From Eledone cirrhosa (taxonomy: Eukaryota), in assembly GCA_964016885.1 (NCBI GenBank), contig OZ024751.1:16926001-16990000 (forward strand): a DNA stretch of 64,000 nt. The letters run 5' to 3'. Every line of letters begins with the position of its first letter. Position 1 is the stretch's first letter. The position numbers and the translations under genes were made by a program. Shown piece by piece: positions 28,992-43,080 of the stretch. The notes below the pieces were generated by a model that saw only the letters and a program-made list of their open reading frames with translations, was not told the origin of the DNA and made no database searches.

Positions 28992-29386
28992 TTATATACA
29001 TATTTATATATACATATTTATATATACATATTTATATATACATATTTATATATACATATTTATATATACATATTTATATATATATATTTATATATATATA
29101 TTTATATATATATTTATATATATATTTATATACATATTTATATACATATTTATATACATATTTATATACATATTTATATATATATTTATATACATATTTT
29201 TATATACATATTTATATATACATATTTTTGTATACATATTTATGTATATATATATTTATATATATATATTTATATATATATATTTATATATACATATTTA
29301 TATATACATATTTATATATACATATTTATATATACATATTTATATATACATATTTATATATATATATATTTATATATATATATATT

Positions 29387-29439
<53 letters not shown>

Positions 29440-29442
29440 ATT

Positions 29443-29479
<37 letters not shown>

Positions 29480-29486
29480 TTATATT

Positions 29487-29517
<31 letters not shown>

Positions 29518-30437
29518 ATATTTATATTTATATATATAGATATATATTTATATATATATACTCAATTAGAGTAAAATAGAGAAATAATGGAAGTAAGGGA
29601 GAGGCAGTTGAATAGTGAAACAGTGAGAGAAAGTTTGTGTATAACTATTAATTTTTCCATTTCCGTAGAAAATTACATTCAACGATATGATGAACATAAT
29701 ACATACCACACGAATGTAATTAACCACAAATAAAACAAAATATTCCTAGTCCTACGCACATGCAACTAAATACCACTTAGGCACGCATATATGCCATTAC
29801 CTTCCTCCCCTCCCTTCGTAAGTATTCCTACAACACACTTACGAACAGATATTTCAGTTTGTATTTACACAGCTAGAATCATGTTCAGTATATTTAATAG
29901 TTTAAAACCATTTTACGGTCAGTGTCTTTTTATTTATTTTTTTATTTTTTTTTTAATCTTTTTCTGTTTTGGGAGTTCATCTTTGTTTGCATGCAACTTC
30001 GTATTTCTGTCAAAAAGGCTGTGATCTTTTGTAAACCTGATTGGCTGCACAATCCTACAAGTATTGACTGATTAAATGAACTAACATTTTAGAGCTACTA
30101 CATCTAATCATTTCTTTTCAATCAAGATCGACGTTCTTTTGTTAACGAACAAAGACTCCTGACGAATCACCATTTTGTGGCCCATTCACTAGAACGAAAT
30201 TTGACATTTGAACGAACCAGGGGTTCGTGTGCGATTTGGGGATATACTGAACGTGTATTTCCACTCTACATAAGCATACATACACTACATATATATATAT
30301 ATACATGTATACACACACTGACAGATATACTGATATGGATCGGCACACACACACATATGTGTATACATATTCATATATACAAACATAGGCGCATACACAC
30401 ACCCACACATATATATATACACGCACACCACACACAC

Positions 30438-30672
<235 letters not shown>

Positions 30673-30683
30673 CATATATATAC

Positions 30684-30716
<33 letters not shown>

Positions 30717-30735
30717 CATATATATACATATATAT

Positions 30736-30768
<33 letters not shown>

Positions 30769-30797
30769 TATATATATACATATATATACATATATAT

Positions 30798-30856
<59 letters not shown>

Positions 30857-30883
30857 CATATATATACATATATATATACATAG

Positions 30884-31000
<117 letters not shown>

Positions 31001-31007
31001 CATATAC

Positions 31008-31038
<31 letters not shown>

Positions 31039-31039
31039 C

Positions 31040-31118
<79 letters not shown>

Positions 31119-31125
31119 CATATAC

Positions 31126-31193
<68 letters not shown>

Positions 31194-31214
31194 ATATATA
31201 TACATACATATACA

Positions 31215-31269
<55 letters not shown>

Positions 31270-31419
31270 ATATATATATACATACAGACACACACATATA
31301 TATGTAAATTGAATGGAAAATAGTTGTCGTCTGCGTGACTGTCAATCGATTAACTAGTAGAATGTGTATAATACGTATACCTTTTATATGCATACGTATT
31401 CAGTAGTCAAAATAATGGC

Positions 31420-31516
31420 CCTCGAGCAGGTACATATGTATGTGTATATATATATTTATATATACAGTATATGAATACAAAATACAACAAACGACAACGC
31501 ATATATATATATACAC

Positions 31517-31550
<34 letters not shown>

Positions 31551-31558
31551 CTTATATA

Positions 31559-31621
<63 letters not shown>

Positions 31622-31653
31622 CGTTGTCGTTTGTTGTTTTTTGTATTCATATA

Positions 31654-31693
<40 letters not shown>

Positions 31694-31791
31694 TATATAT
31701 ATATATATGCGTTGTCGTTTGTTGTTTTTTGTATTCATATGCTGTATATATAAATATATATATATACACATACATATGTACCTGCTCGAGG
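31420..31791. repeat. Inverted repeat around a TA tract, with an extra partial arm
   Basis: cctcgagcaggtacatatgt...gaatacaaaatacaacaaacgacaacgc (31420-31500) is mirrored at 31709-31791, and the inner part is repeated at 31621-31660. Confidence 0.85.
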
Positions 31792-32356
31792 AGAGGTATG
31801 ACACACAGATTGAGATAAATAGTTAGCTAGATATGTATATATAACTTTAGAGAAAGCGAATATAGTGATAAATGCCAATTCACTCATTCCAAGATTGTAA
31901 TGGTCTCAACGAGAGTGCCTACAGCTATTTTCCTTTTCCTATATACTTAAATGATAAAGTAAAAACTAGAAATTACAAGAAAGGGTCAATAGCGAGGACG
32001 CCGATTCTGACATGCGTTATTCTCTTCAGGGAGTTTCTAAATGTTTTAAATTATAATGTGCATCATTCATGTCTAAATATTATGGCCGACAACTTTCACT
32101 CCTCTTAGAAATTTACAATATCCACGGCGTCCATTTTGTTAACGTTTTTTTCTGTTTGAATTATGTGAATTATTTTTTTTTTTTATCATTTATCATTCTT
32201 TTCTTTTGCGATTTTTGCAAAAAGCTTTCTATTAAAAGCCACTTGGGAAAAAATCTAGAGTTCGTCTTTAATCCATTCGTGTTCCTGTGAGAACTTGTGT
32301 GAAATTATGTATGTGCGTGTGTTTGTGTGGGCGAGTATATGTAAACATACATACAC

Positions 32357-32396
<40 letters not shown>

Positions 32397-32401
<5 letters not shown>

Positions 32402-32582
32402 TGAGATTCTACAGAACTAGAACTGTTTCATTCTTTAGAAATCATCAGAGATTCCTGATGATTTCTAAAAAATGAAGCAGTTCTAGTCCTGTAGAATCTC
32501 ATCTATATTAAAACTGTTATACTCTGCAATGTATTGAGTACCTTACTTACTGTGGTTACCTCCGATTCGACCCGGAATAACG
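32397..32582 (+). mobile_element. Fold-back PLE-like terminus (family H6) with hammerhead at 32448-32500
   Basis: GAGATTC-CTGATGA-TTTC TAAA (G/A)AAT-GAA(A/G)CAG..CTGT-A-GAATCTC. The inverted arm has canonical GAAAC. The tail is ~75 nt. Confidence 0.7.
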
Positions 32583-32605
32583 TATATATATATATATATA
32601 TATAT

Positions 32606-32772
32606 ATCAGAGAGGGTGTGGTAAGATACCAGGTGGACCATAACGCAATAGAGTACTCAATACTTGGTAGTAGAGTGGGTAATATGAAAAGATTCAGGAT
32701 CCCGACGGCTGAGCTCCGGCCGTTTCGGCAGCTAGATCCGAACTGTTCGGATCTAGCTGTCGAATCTTTTCA
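32606..32772 (-). mobile_element. PLE-like terminus related to family H5, with 5' hairpin
   Basis: Reverse strand GAAACGGC..GCCGTC GGGATC plus a tail homologous to 45006-45083 and 4583-4653. Perfect hairpin cagctagatccgaac-t-gttcggatctagctg. Confidence 0.65.
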
Positions 32773-32789
32773 TATATATATATATATAT

Positions 32790-32885
32790 GAAAAAGAACA
32801 CAAGAGCGTCTACAACATCAAAATATTTTTATTGGCTTACAATGTTTCTTCCTTACGTAACCGTAGGATTCGTCAGAGCTATAAA
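32790..32885 (-). ncRNA. Hammerhead motif (32835-32879) followed by AATAAA and (TA)n
   Basis: Reverse strand: GCT-CTGACGA-ATCCTACG GTTA CGTAAGGAA-GAAA-C ATT G-T-A-AGC-CAATAAA, GUA triplet. Confidence 0.65.
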
Positions 32886-34418
32886 AGGGGTTTGATTGGT
32901 GTTATGGACTCTACCAACCAAACATTCAAGAACAAAGAGTAAAGAGAGTAAAGAGCAAAAGTAGGGGCGATAAGTCTAATTTTGGTGCGGGAGGGTGGGG
33001 TGTGGGTCCTTGTTTACTAGCTGCGGTCATATTCATTCCCGGGAGTCAGGTGGTTAGCTGAACCATAGATGGGGTGGCATCGATAGTATGGTGCAGAGGG
33101 TGCGCAGAGGCTACACAAACGCAAAGGGCGTACAATATATATATATATATAGCGGAGGAGAAAGTACATGAGGTAATTAGAAATGGAAAAAGAGTAATAA
33201 TAATAATCTATAATTAATAGTGTATAATAAGGCATGGGGAAGATTACACTATAATAAGGTATAAAAGTAAGAATAAGGTAAACTATAAAGGAGGATAAGA
33301 GTGGAAATAATAAAGATGAAAAAATAAAGATAAAAAAATATATAGAGAATACATAAAGAAATATAAGCGAATATTTGGAGGGGAAAACACAATGTAAAAA
33401 AAACCGATTTTTTCAAATAATAATAAAAATATAATAATTATGGGGGGAGAAAACGGGATAGAGAAATATGATCAAGTGTGATTAGTTGAGAGAATATAAG
33501 ATGATAATAGTTATGTCAAGTTTATACATCTTAATAATAAATAATCTGTGTATCAGAGTTGCAGAACCTTCAATTCACTTACGGGTTCAAGCCACGTGGC
33601 ATGGTCCATTGTTTATTTGTGTGGTCATGTGCGTTTGTTTTTGACACCACAGCAGATGCACAAGTTCGTAAATTCCAATGCAGATAGAAATCTATTTTTG
33701 CTCACCCGGACATTGACGGAGGTTCCAATATTCCTAGTTCAATATGTGTTTGGTGTTATTTTGGTCGCACAAATCAATATATATATATATATATATATAT
33801 AGCCATATATATATAGACATATATATATATATATAGCCAAATAAATTAACTATGGCGATATAAAAGATACAGAAGTGAAAAGCAACTAAACAGTGAGTGC
33901 GTTCTGTTATTATTTCTGGCAATATTAAAATAATATGACCCTACTCAAGTATAATATATCTATCTATCTATATATATATATTATTTGCGTTCCAGACGCG
34001 GGACAGAGGCCATGCTGGGGCATTGCCACAGATGCTAGACTTTCTATAGCCAGCCTTCCCTGGTTGACCATTGATGTAAAAGGGAATTTGTTACTGCTGC
34101 TCTAATTTATGTTTCGCCTCGTATTGTGGGTTCATCGGGGATCGTGATCAGAAAAATGTTGTGATGTCTCTTGAAAACATCTACGTGTACACTACGTAGA
34201 ACTCTCATATTTTTGGCAGCATATTAGAATACTAGGGTCCCTTGAACCCCAGACTATTGCAGTATGTGGTCCTTATTCTCTTGTTAACACTATGTGAGAG
34301 ATATAGATAAGGAGAAAGATATCAACGTAGTAGTCACTATAGAAGAAGTATATATATGAAGATCCGTATAAGGTGATACAATTGCACTCGGTATCGTGAA
34401 CTAACTGTTGTGTTACTA

Positions 34419-34536
<118 letters not shown>

Positions 34537-34654
34537 AAGGTGAGTAATATTGTAGAACAATAAATCTATGCATATATGAGATAAGTAGGACTCAACTGTT
34601 GGTAGAACTGGAGTATATATAATAAAGAAGAAATTAACCATCTTTTAATTTCTT

Positions 34655-34704
<50 letters not shown>

Positions 34705-34709
<5 letters not shown>

Positions 34710-34870
34710 AGTAACACAACAGTTAGTTCACCATAACGAGTGCAATTGTTTCACCTTATACGTATCTTCATAAGGTCAAATTGTTATCGGTATGGTGAAC
34801 TAACTGTTGTGTTACTACTTCTACCAAACTCGTCCCATAGACTGAGTGATCTATTCCAATGTTCTACCTT
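34705..34870 (+). mobile_element. Fold-back copy of family H1 (partial copy also at 34345-34420)
   Basis: Arms and tail are homologous to 2506-2570 and 2758-2879. Confidence 0.7.
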
Positions 34871-34894
34871 TATATATATATATATATAACTCTG

Positions 34895-35828
34895 TATACA
34901 ACTCTGTATATATATAAAATTAAGTATGTGTGTGTGGGCACACACACACACACACACATGTATTTTACCTATAGAGGCCTACATCTTACGACCGATTTTC
35001 ATGAATCTTTACAGGCTCATAGATTAGTCATCGGGGAGTGTTTTCTATATATCAGCGTATCGTTTTTTTTTTATTCCGGGGTCATTCTGCAGATAAAAAT
35101 CAATAGGGGGGAGGGAGGGCACCTTTTTTTTAGGTATCGAAAAATAAGATTTTTGGCTCTACCTCCAACATTTTGCCACCGATTTGGTTCAAATTTTAAA
35201 ACAAAATAGAATTTACCATTGCACATCCTGTAATGGCTTTATATTTTGCATTTGTTGTTCAGGGACAGCGTGGCAGCCGCTTAAATATTCAAAAATACAT
35301 ATTTTAGACTCAAATTTTCACCTTTTCGGGTCTAGCTCTCACATTAATCAACCTACTTTGTTCAAATTTTACACTACGCTAGATCTGATTATTTCACGTC
35401 TTAAAGTTGCTGTACATTTTGGATTTTTTGTTCAGGAACGGCGTGGCAACTGCTTAAATATGCGAAAATACCACCTTTTCGGCTCTAGCTCCCACATTTT
35501 TCAACCGATTTCGTTCAAATTCAAAACTTCGGCTCCACCTCACACATAAATCAATTTATTTTGTTCAACTTTTATACTACGATAGAACCTATCATTGCAC
35601 ATCTTATAGTAGCTTTACACTTTGCATTTTTTGTTCAGGGACGGCGTGGCAGCCGTTTAACTCTTCAAAATACGATTTTTTCCACCGCCCAAATATTCCA
35701 TACGATTTCACTCAACATTTCGCCATTTGCTACACCTTACTACCGATTTTCAAGAAACTCGCAGTTGCTAAGATCAACAACTTTTCATCAAAGCAGATAT
35801 TATTTTACCTACCCAGGCAACGCTGCTA

Positions 35829-35830
<2 letters not shown>
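34895..35830 (+). mobile_element. Non-autonomous Helitron-like element with internal ~190-240 bp degenerate repeats
   Basis: Head tatataaaattaagtatgtgtgtgt. Repeated accttttcggctctagctc and ttttgttcagg(g/a)acggcgtggca blocks. 3' end acccaggcaacgctgCTAG|T. Confidence 0.65.
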
Positions 35831-35879
<49 letters not shown>

Positions 35880-36204
35880 TATATATATATATGCATGCAT
35901 GCATATGTGTGCGTGTGTGTATTTGTATATATATGCATATATGTGCGTGTGTACATTTATATATATGCGTATGTGTGCTTGTGTATATTCATATATATAT
36001 ATTTTTTTAAATTTGTTTGACCCGAATTACTTGGTCGTTTCTATGGCTCTGCGGATGACGGTTTAACCATCGTCTCAGTGTGTTTGTTCTTTAACGTATG
36101 TTGTAGCTCTGGTTCGTCAGAATTATTGAGCGCTTGCCACACATCTTGGAAGTTTTTTTTCGCTAAACCAAAGCTGAAATACGATTCTCGCTAATTTATA
36201 TTTG

Positions 36205-36249
<45 letters not shown>

Positions 36250-36493
36250 CAATATTTAATGTATAATAAACAATACAATATAATTACCTCATTACCAAAG
36301 GTTTCCCGAATAAGACGAATACAAGAAACGCCCGCATTCGTTCGTCAGACAAGGCTCGTCTTATTCGGAAAACCTCTGGTAATGAGGTAATTATATTGTA
36401 TTGTTTATTATACATTAAATATTTAGCTATGTCACTTACATAGAGCACTCTTCATTCCTCTGACTTTTTCAATTTCCAACGGAAACTTCAATA

Positions 36494-36496
<3 letters not shown>
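36250..36496 (+). mobile_element. Fold-back PLE-like terminus (family H7) with complete hammerhead on the minus strand at 36287-36354
   Basis: Arms at 36250-36318 and 36357-36424, ~72 nt tail. Reverse strand: CCTTGT-CTGACGA-ACGAAT..ATTCGG-GAAA-CC TTT GG-T-A-ATGAGG. Confidence 0.7.
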
Positions 36497-36541
<45 letters not shown>

Positions 36542-36799
36542 TAATTGTTGTGTGAATGATACACTGTGGAAATCAAGTTAAATAAGCTTATAACATAGAT
36601 AAAAATGGAAATCAAAGGCATGTCACGATGTTTGCCATCAAATTGTTTCATGTCTCTTTTCAATATATTTAGAACTGATCTATTGGGAATACAGACAAAA
36701 CACCATACGTATAATTATCGACCACACCCCCCTGTCTCCTACCAACATTTCTATCACGATTAAGATAAATATTAGCATGATCAACAGCTCGGACAGCGC

Positions 36800-38290
36800 T
36801 ATTGTAATAGCAGTATTAGTAGCCGTGGTAGTATAATTGGTAGTTGCAGTAGTGGTAGTAATCTTAGTTGTGGTTGTAATAAAAACAAAGAGTACTAATA
36901 GTAGTAGTATTAGTAGCCGTGGTAGTATAATTGGTAGTTGCAGTAGTGGTAGAAATCTTAGTTGTGGTCGTAATAAAAACCAAGAGTACTAATAGTAGCC
37001 GTGGTAGTATAATTGGTAGTTGCAGTAGTGGTAGTAATCTTAGTTGTGGTCGTAATAAAAACCAAGAGTACTAATAGTAGTAGTATTAGTAGCCGTGGTA
37101 GTATAATTGGTAGTTGCAGTAGTGGTAGTAATCTTAGTTGTGGTCGTAATAAAAACCAAGAGTACTAATAGTAGTAGTATTAGTAGCCGTGGTAGTATAA
37201 TTGGTAGTTGCAGTAGTGGTAGTAATCTTAGTTGTGGTCGTATAAAAACAAAGAGTACTAATAGTAGCAGTATTAGTAGCCGTGGTAGTATAATTGGTAG
37301 TTGCAGTAGTGGTAGTAATCTTAGTTGTGGTCGTATAAAAACAAAGAGTACTAATAGTAGCAGTATTAGTAGCCGTGGTAGTATAATTGGTAGTTGCAGT
37401 AGTGGTAGTAATCTTAGTTGTGGTCGTAATAAAAACCAAGAGTACTAATAGTAGTAGTAGTAGTAGCTGTGGTAATAGAAGTGGCGGTTGCAGTAGTAGC
37501 AGTAGTGGTAGTATTAGTCGTAAGAACAATGAGTACTAATAGTAGTAGTAGTAGTAGTAGCAGTATTAATAGCTCTGATGATAGAATTGGTAGTTGCAGT
37601 GGTAGCAGTAGTGGTAGTAGTAGAGTTAGTTGTGGTCGTAATAAAAACAAAGAGTAGTAGTAGTGTTAGTAGAATTGGTAGCTGTAGTGGTAGTAATAGT
37701 GTTAGTTGTAGCCGTAATAAGAACAAAGAGTAGTAGTAGAATTGGTAGTTGCATTAGTAGTAGTGGTAGTATTAGTTGTAGTAAGAATAAAGACTACTAA
37801 TAGTAGTAGTAGCAGTATTAGTAGCTGTGGTGTAGAATTGGTAGTTGCAGTGGTAGTAGTAGTGTTAGTTATGGTCGTAATAAAAACAAAGAATAATAAT
37901 AGTATTAGTAGAATTGGTAGCTGTAGTGGTAGTAATAGTGTTAGTTGTAGCCGTAATAAGAACAAAGAGTAGTAGTAGAATTGGTAGTTGCATTAGTAGT
38001 AGTGGTAGTATTAGTTGTAGTAAGAACAAAGAGTAGTAGTAGTAGCAGTATTAGTAGCTGTGGTGTAGAATTGGTAGTAGTAGTGTTAGTTATGGTCGTA
38101 ATAAAAACAAAGAATAATAATAGTAGTAGTATTAGTAGCTGTGGTAGTAATAGTGATAGTTGTAGTCGTAATAAAAACAAAGAGTACTAATAGTAGTAGT
38201 AGCAGTATTAGTAGCTGTGGTAGTAGAATAGGTAGTGATAGTAGCAGTAGTCGTGTTAGTTGTAGTAATAGTAATAAGAAGAGTAATAAT
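36800..38290. repeat. (AGT)n-derived minisatellite, ~93 bp unit decaying rightwards
   Basis: The unit translates as a repeated 31-aa block IKTKSTNSSSISSRGSIIGSCSSGSNLSCGR. About 7 near-identical copies run to ~37450, then they degenerate. Confidence 0.9.
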
Positions 38291-39600
38291 AATTGTTTCT
38301 ATTTTTGGCACAAGGCCAACAATTATCTCATTGTATTACTGGTACTTTATTTTATCGACTGCCGTAAGGATGAAAGGCAAAGTTAACCTCGGCAGGATTT
38401 GAACTCAGACCATAAAGGACCGTAACTCTTTGCAGCAAAGCATGGCGTCCAACCCTATACCGATACTGCCAATCCGCCAATAATGTTTCTACATTAGGCA
38501 CAAGGCCAGCAATTTCTGGGGGGAGGGGAAATTCAATTAAATCTACCCCAGTGTATTACTGGTACTTTATTTTATCGACCTCGTAAGGATGGAAGGCAAA
38601 GCTAACTTCAGCGGGATTTGAACTCAGAATGTAACGGGCCGTGACTCTGTGCTGCGAAGCATGTTTTCCGACGCTCTACCGATTCTGCCAATCCAATATT
38701 AATAATAGTATTAGTAGTCATTGTATTGGTAATATCATTTGTAGTAGTAATTGTAGTAGTAGTTTTAGTAGTAAAGGCGGAGAATTGGCAGAGTCGTTAA
38801 GACGGAGGATATAATGCTTTACGGTATTTGTCTCACCTCATTGCGCGCTCTGAGTTCAAATCCCGCCAAGGTCAACTTTGCCTTTCATCCTTTCGAGGTC
38901 GATAAATAAAGTACCAGTCCAGTACTGAGTTCAATTATTTTTCTATAGAAAATATCGGCTGTGTTCAAACCTGGAGTGGGGTGGGCTCCACCGGGTTTAA
39001 AAGTGCCCTAGACTCGCCGTTTGACGGTGCCTGTACGACACCACAAGGAGTTAAGGGATCTTTATCCTTCATTAGTAGTACTAGTAGTAGTAGCTGCAGT
39101 AGTAACCAGCCGGAGAAGAAGAAAGGGTAGTAGTAGTTGTAGCAGTTTCGTTGCCGGAATTGTGTCAATAATAATAGAAATAATTGTTTCTACTTTTGGC
39201 ACAAGGCCAGCAATTATCCCAGTGTATTACTGGTACTTTATTTTATCGACCCCGTAAGGATGAAAGGCAAAGTTATCTTCGGCGGGATTTGAACTCAGAA
39301 TGGCAAGGGCCGTAACTCTATGCGTCAAAGCATGGCGTCCGACCCTCTACAGCTACTGCCAACCCACGAATGTTTATTTGGTCTTTCATCCTTCCAAGAT
39401 TACCAGTTAAGTAATGGGGGTTGATATAATCGACTTTCCTCTCCTCCGAATTACTGGCCCTGTGCTAATATTAGAAAAGATGATTATTTTGTCTTTCACG
39501 TGAGATCGATAACATACAGTCTTATTTAACTACTGGCGTAGACATAATCGACTTTCCCGTTCTCCCATAATTGCTGACCTTGAACATGAATTAGAAATCA
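38288..39600. mobile_element. Cluster of SINE family A copies (38288-38478 -, 38482-38695 -, 38775-38930 +, 39180-39366 -, plus fragments)
   Basis: Same A/B boxes and gcctttcatcct..gtcgataaa..gtaccag core on the indicated strands. Confidence 0.85.
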
Positions 39601-40024
39601 TTAATATTTGTTATGAAAGTTCCCCTCGTTGACTTGGCTCCGGTGCCAATTAGGTCCACCCAAAATTCAAAATGGTCAAATTATTATGTTTTTTTTTTTA
39701 TTAGACTAAAATCAATTAGATAAACATCGCCGGTCGTGTAAAACAGGTTTAATCGACACATCCAATTACAGAAAGACTCTTAAAGTCTAACGATGCCAAG
39801 TAAAAGAAGAATAAATCCATAAATATCTTCAATAAAATATATTTTTCGTTTTTTTTTTATTCATTTGGAAACTGGACCTAGAATAAAGCTATTAATGAAA
39901 TATACTTTATTTCTCTATTTGCCATGTGAACAAAGCTTACGAGACATGGCATACAAATAATACTTCCTAATACTCGAACTAGGAACGCAATTTGGGCAAA
40001 GTGTAAAGTCCATTATATCTACCC

Positions 40025-40124
40025 CGGGTCTCCCAAACTTTTTCTAACGCGGAATCCTTTTTTGGTTCAAAAACTTTTGGGAACCGCAGACAATCCTTTG
40101 CTGAACCCGCTTTGGGAACCACTG
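40025..40124. mobile_element. hAT-type MITE nested in a diverged SINE
   Basis: Ends cgggtctcccaaac and tttgggaaccactg. Perfect 8 bp TSD atctaccc at 40017-40024 and 40125-40132. Confidence 0.75.
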
Positions 40125-40516
40125 ATCTACCCTAATATCTAACATTAACTGATACTTTATTTTATCGTCCCTAGCAGAATGAAAGGCCAAATTTGATGTC
40201 AGTGCGATTTGTAATCAAAACGTAGAAAGTCGTAAATGCTGTAAAGCATTTTATTCGACGCTAAAATAAATCAATACTGCTAATCCACCACCCTCATGAC
40301 AGGTAAAAATAATATTAAAACGATCATGTGATTATAGAGAGATGCGGCTGCGTATTCAAGCAGGTCGAACAATCACTACATAAAAATAATTACTACGTAA
40401 AAATAATCTTTTTACAAAGTCTAATTTTCTTTTTTATTATACAGTTTTGAAGGCTGTTTTCATGTTTATATTTTGATAATCGGAAAATTCAGATCTGCAA
40501 TAACAAATCTGTAATT

Positions 40517-40581
<65 letters not shown>

Positions 40582-41543
40582 AACAGTTTTTTTTTTAGCA
40601 TTAGTAAGTGAATTAGGTTAGACAATTTAGAGCTGCAGTTGCCTTATCTAAATAAGTTTCTTTACCATTTAAATTATATAAATACAGCATTAATTGTTTA
40701 CATGGCCAAGCATTAGTTGTTCCACTTTCAGAAAATATATGTTGACGTTTCAATGTATCAAGTATTAAATGATAAATACGGATTAAATTACACATTTTAA
40801 CGCTTCAAATCTAACGGAGTGTATTGTTGGATCTCCGACGGTCACAGCCATAAATGTTCCAGTACTTTAACATCGAAACAGCCAGCATTAGGGAAATTAG
40901 CATGCGAGTCGCTGAGTATTCCACGAGCTGGTGCAACCTTAATATAGTTCTCATAGTCACAAGGCTTGCACGTTGAATTAGAAGTACAGCTTAAGTTTAC
41001 AACTCATGGCTGCCATGGGGAGCTCAGAACAATGATAAAAAAAGAACTACCATGTGTTGGTAACACAAAGTGGTGGGAAGGGGATTTTGCTTTTTTACTG
41101 TTCAGTCAGAGAGAGAGAGAGGGAGGGAAGGGCAGGAGAGAGAAGGAAGGACAGTGTTCGTGACATTTTTCGGAGCTTCCGAGTCTTGTAGGAACAAGGA
41201 AGGGTAGAGCTGTCCTCGAATCAAAAGCCTAGCCGGGGTTGTGATGGTGGGCACTAACGGCAGGTTAGATTTAAATAGTGAAAGCGGTCGATTATGTCTA
41301 CCGCCCAAACATTCAACTGATACAAATTCACTAATTATTATCTTCTCACGAGAGGTGAAATTTAGGTTTTGTATCAGAAAAAAGTCTGGCCCCACTATAC
41401 AAATGCAAAGAAATAGATGTCATATACATAAATGGCTGATGTGATAGATGGAGCACTGTAGTGACATTAATCTTGAAAGGATAACAGGTAAAGTTTCCCA
41501 CGGTGGGATTTGAAATCAGAGAGCCAGAACAGATACTGTAAAG

Positions 41544-41673
41544 TAGTGATTCCCAAAGTGGTTTCCGCGGATCCCAAGGGTTCCGCAAAGGAGTCTCTGG
41601 TATTCCAGGACAAAAGTAGAGGAGTATATTTATATTACGACTATATAACAGCATTAGACTTTGGAAAACCCAG
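41544..41673. mobile_element. hAT-type MITE
   Basis: Ends tagtgattcccaaag and ctttggaaaacccag. 8 bp TSD ctgtaaag/ctgtaaat. Confidence 0.6.
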
Positions 41674-41908
41674 CTGTAAATCATTCTCTCCTACAGTTCT
41701 GACGACAACTAATTCACCACCTATATATAACTTAGTTGGGTATAATCTTTCTGATCGGTCTAGCTTTTTCAGAGTAACATATTGTCTTCAATATATTATG
41801 TTTCGACAAACCTCTGCTCCGCTAAATCCAGATTCCTTCTGAAAGAAACAATTGTCAGCAAATAAATGTTCTAAACTAAAATTTGATCGTTTTACCATTT
41901 TGTCATTT

Positions 41909-41936
<28 letters not shown>

Positions 41937-41943
<7 letters not shown>

Positions 41944-43037
41944 AAGTTTGTCCTCATCAGTGGCCATCCAACCGTCGTAGGCATTACGTCGCATTAAAGG
42001 CCATATACCTCAGGTTGGTGCGAGCAACGGCTAAACAAAAGTCGTTGGGACACGTAAATAAAGGGGACGCTAGGGTAAACAAACAAAATGGTTTAAGCAG
42101 CAGAAAGTGATGAAGAAGGAAACAAGTCCCAGATTTCTATGAATATAAATTCGGTGGAATTGTGAACGAGAGAATAAAGACCATCAAACCTGGTTGAAAT
42201 GTGAGCAAGGAAGGAATTTCGCACAGGTCTAACGGGAGGAAGAAGGGGTCTGGTCTGCGAATTCGGTAAACATAAGTTCTGTGAAGTCGCAGACGAGAGA
42301 GAGAGAAAAAAATTCATACCGGCTTGGCCAGGTGCCCGCGAGAAAAGGATTACAGACAGGTCAAACGGGAAGAAAGGGGAGGAGGAGAGGTAGTGACAGA
42401 GAGTGAGTGAGTGAAAGGTGAGGAAGAGGCTAACAGAGAGAGAGACTGCTAGAAAGGGTAAAGACACAAAGAAACCCTTTATAGCAGTCTCTCTCTCTGT
42501 TAGCCTCTTCCTCACCTTTCACTCACTCACTCTCTGTCACTACCTCTCCTCCTCCCTTTCTTCCCGTTTGACCTGTCAGTAATCCTTTTCTCGCGGGCAC
42601 ATGGCCAAGCCGGTATGAATTTTTTTCTCTCTCTCTCGTCTACGACTTCACAGAACTTATGTTTACCGAATTCGCAGACCAGACCCCTTCTTCCTCCCGT
42701 TAGACCTGTGCGAAATTCCTTCCTTGCTCACATTTCAACCAGGTTTGATGGTCTTTATTCTCTCGTTCACGATTCCACCGAATTTATATTCACAGAAATC
42801 TGGGACTTGTTTCCTTCTTCATCACTTTCTGCTGCTTAAACGATTTTGTTTGTTTACCTTAGCGTGCCCTTTATTTACGTGTCCCAACGACTTTTTTTTA
42901 GCCGTTTCTCGCACCAACCTGAGGTATATGGCCTTTAATGCGACGAAATGCCTACGACGGTTGGATGGCCACTGATGAGGACAAACTTTTTCATATGTAA
43001 CCCATTTGCAGCGCCGCAGCTCCATTATTATCATATT

Positions 43038-43040
<3 letters not shown>
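41937..43040 (+). mobile_element. Fold-back element with ~510 bp arms in (TA)n
   Basis: 41937-42449 is the reverse complement of ~42484-42995, with a ~35 nt spacer. A ~45 nt tail follows only the + arm. ORFs 42093-42515(-) and 42615-42839(+) are mirror translations. Confidence 0.8.

Positions 43041-43080
<40 letters not shown>

Noticed and set aside
30145-30210. CTGACGA...GAAAT hammerhead candidate (similar at 43728 and 60120)
   Set aside because: Could not pair helices I and III convincingly.
37107-38386. Ser/Thr-rich mucin-like ORFs
   Set aside because: AGT-derived minisatellite with frame-breaking unit lengths.
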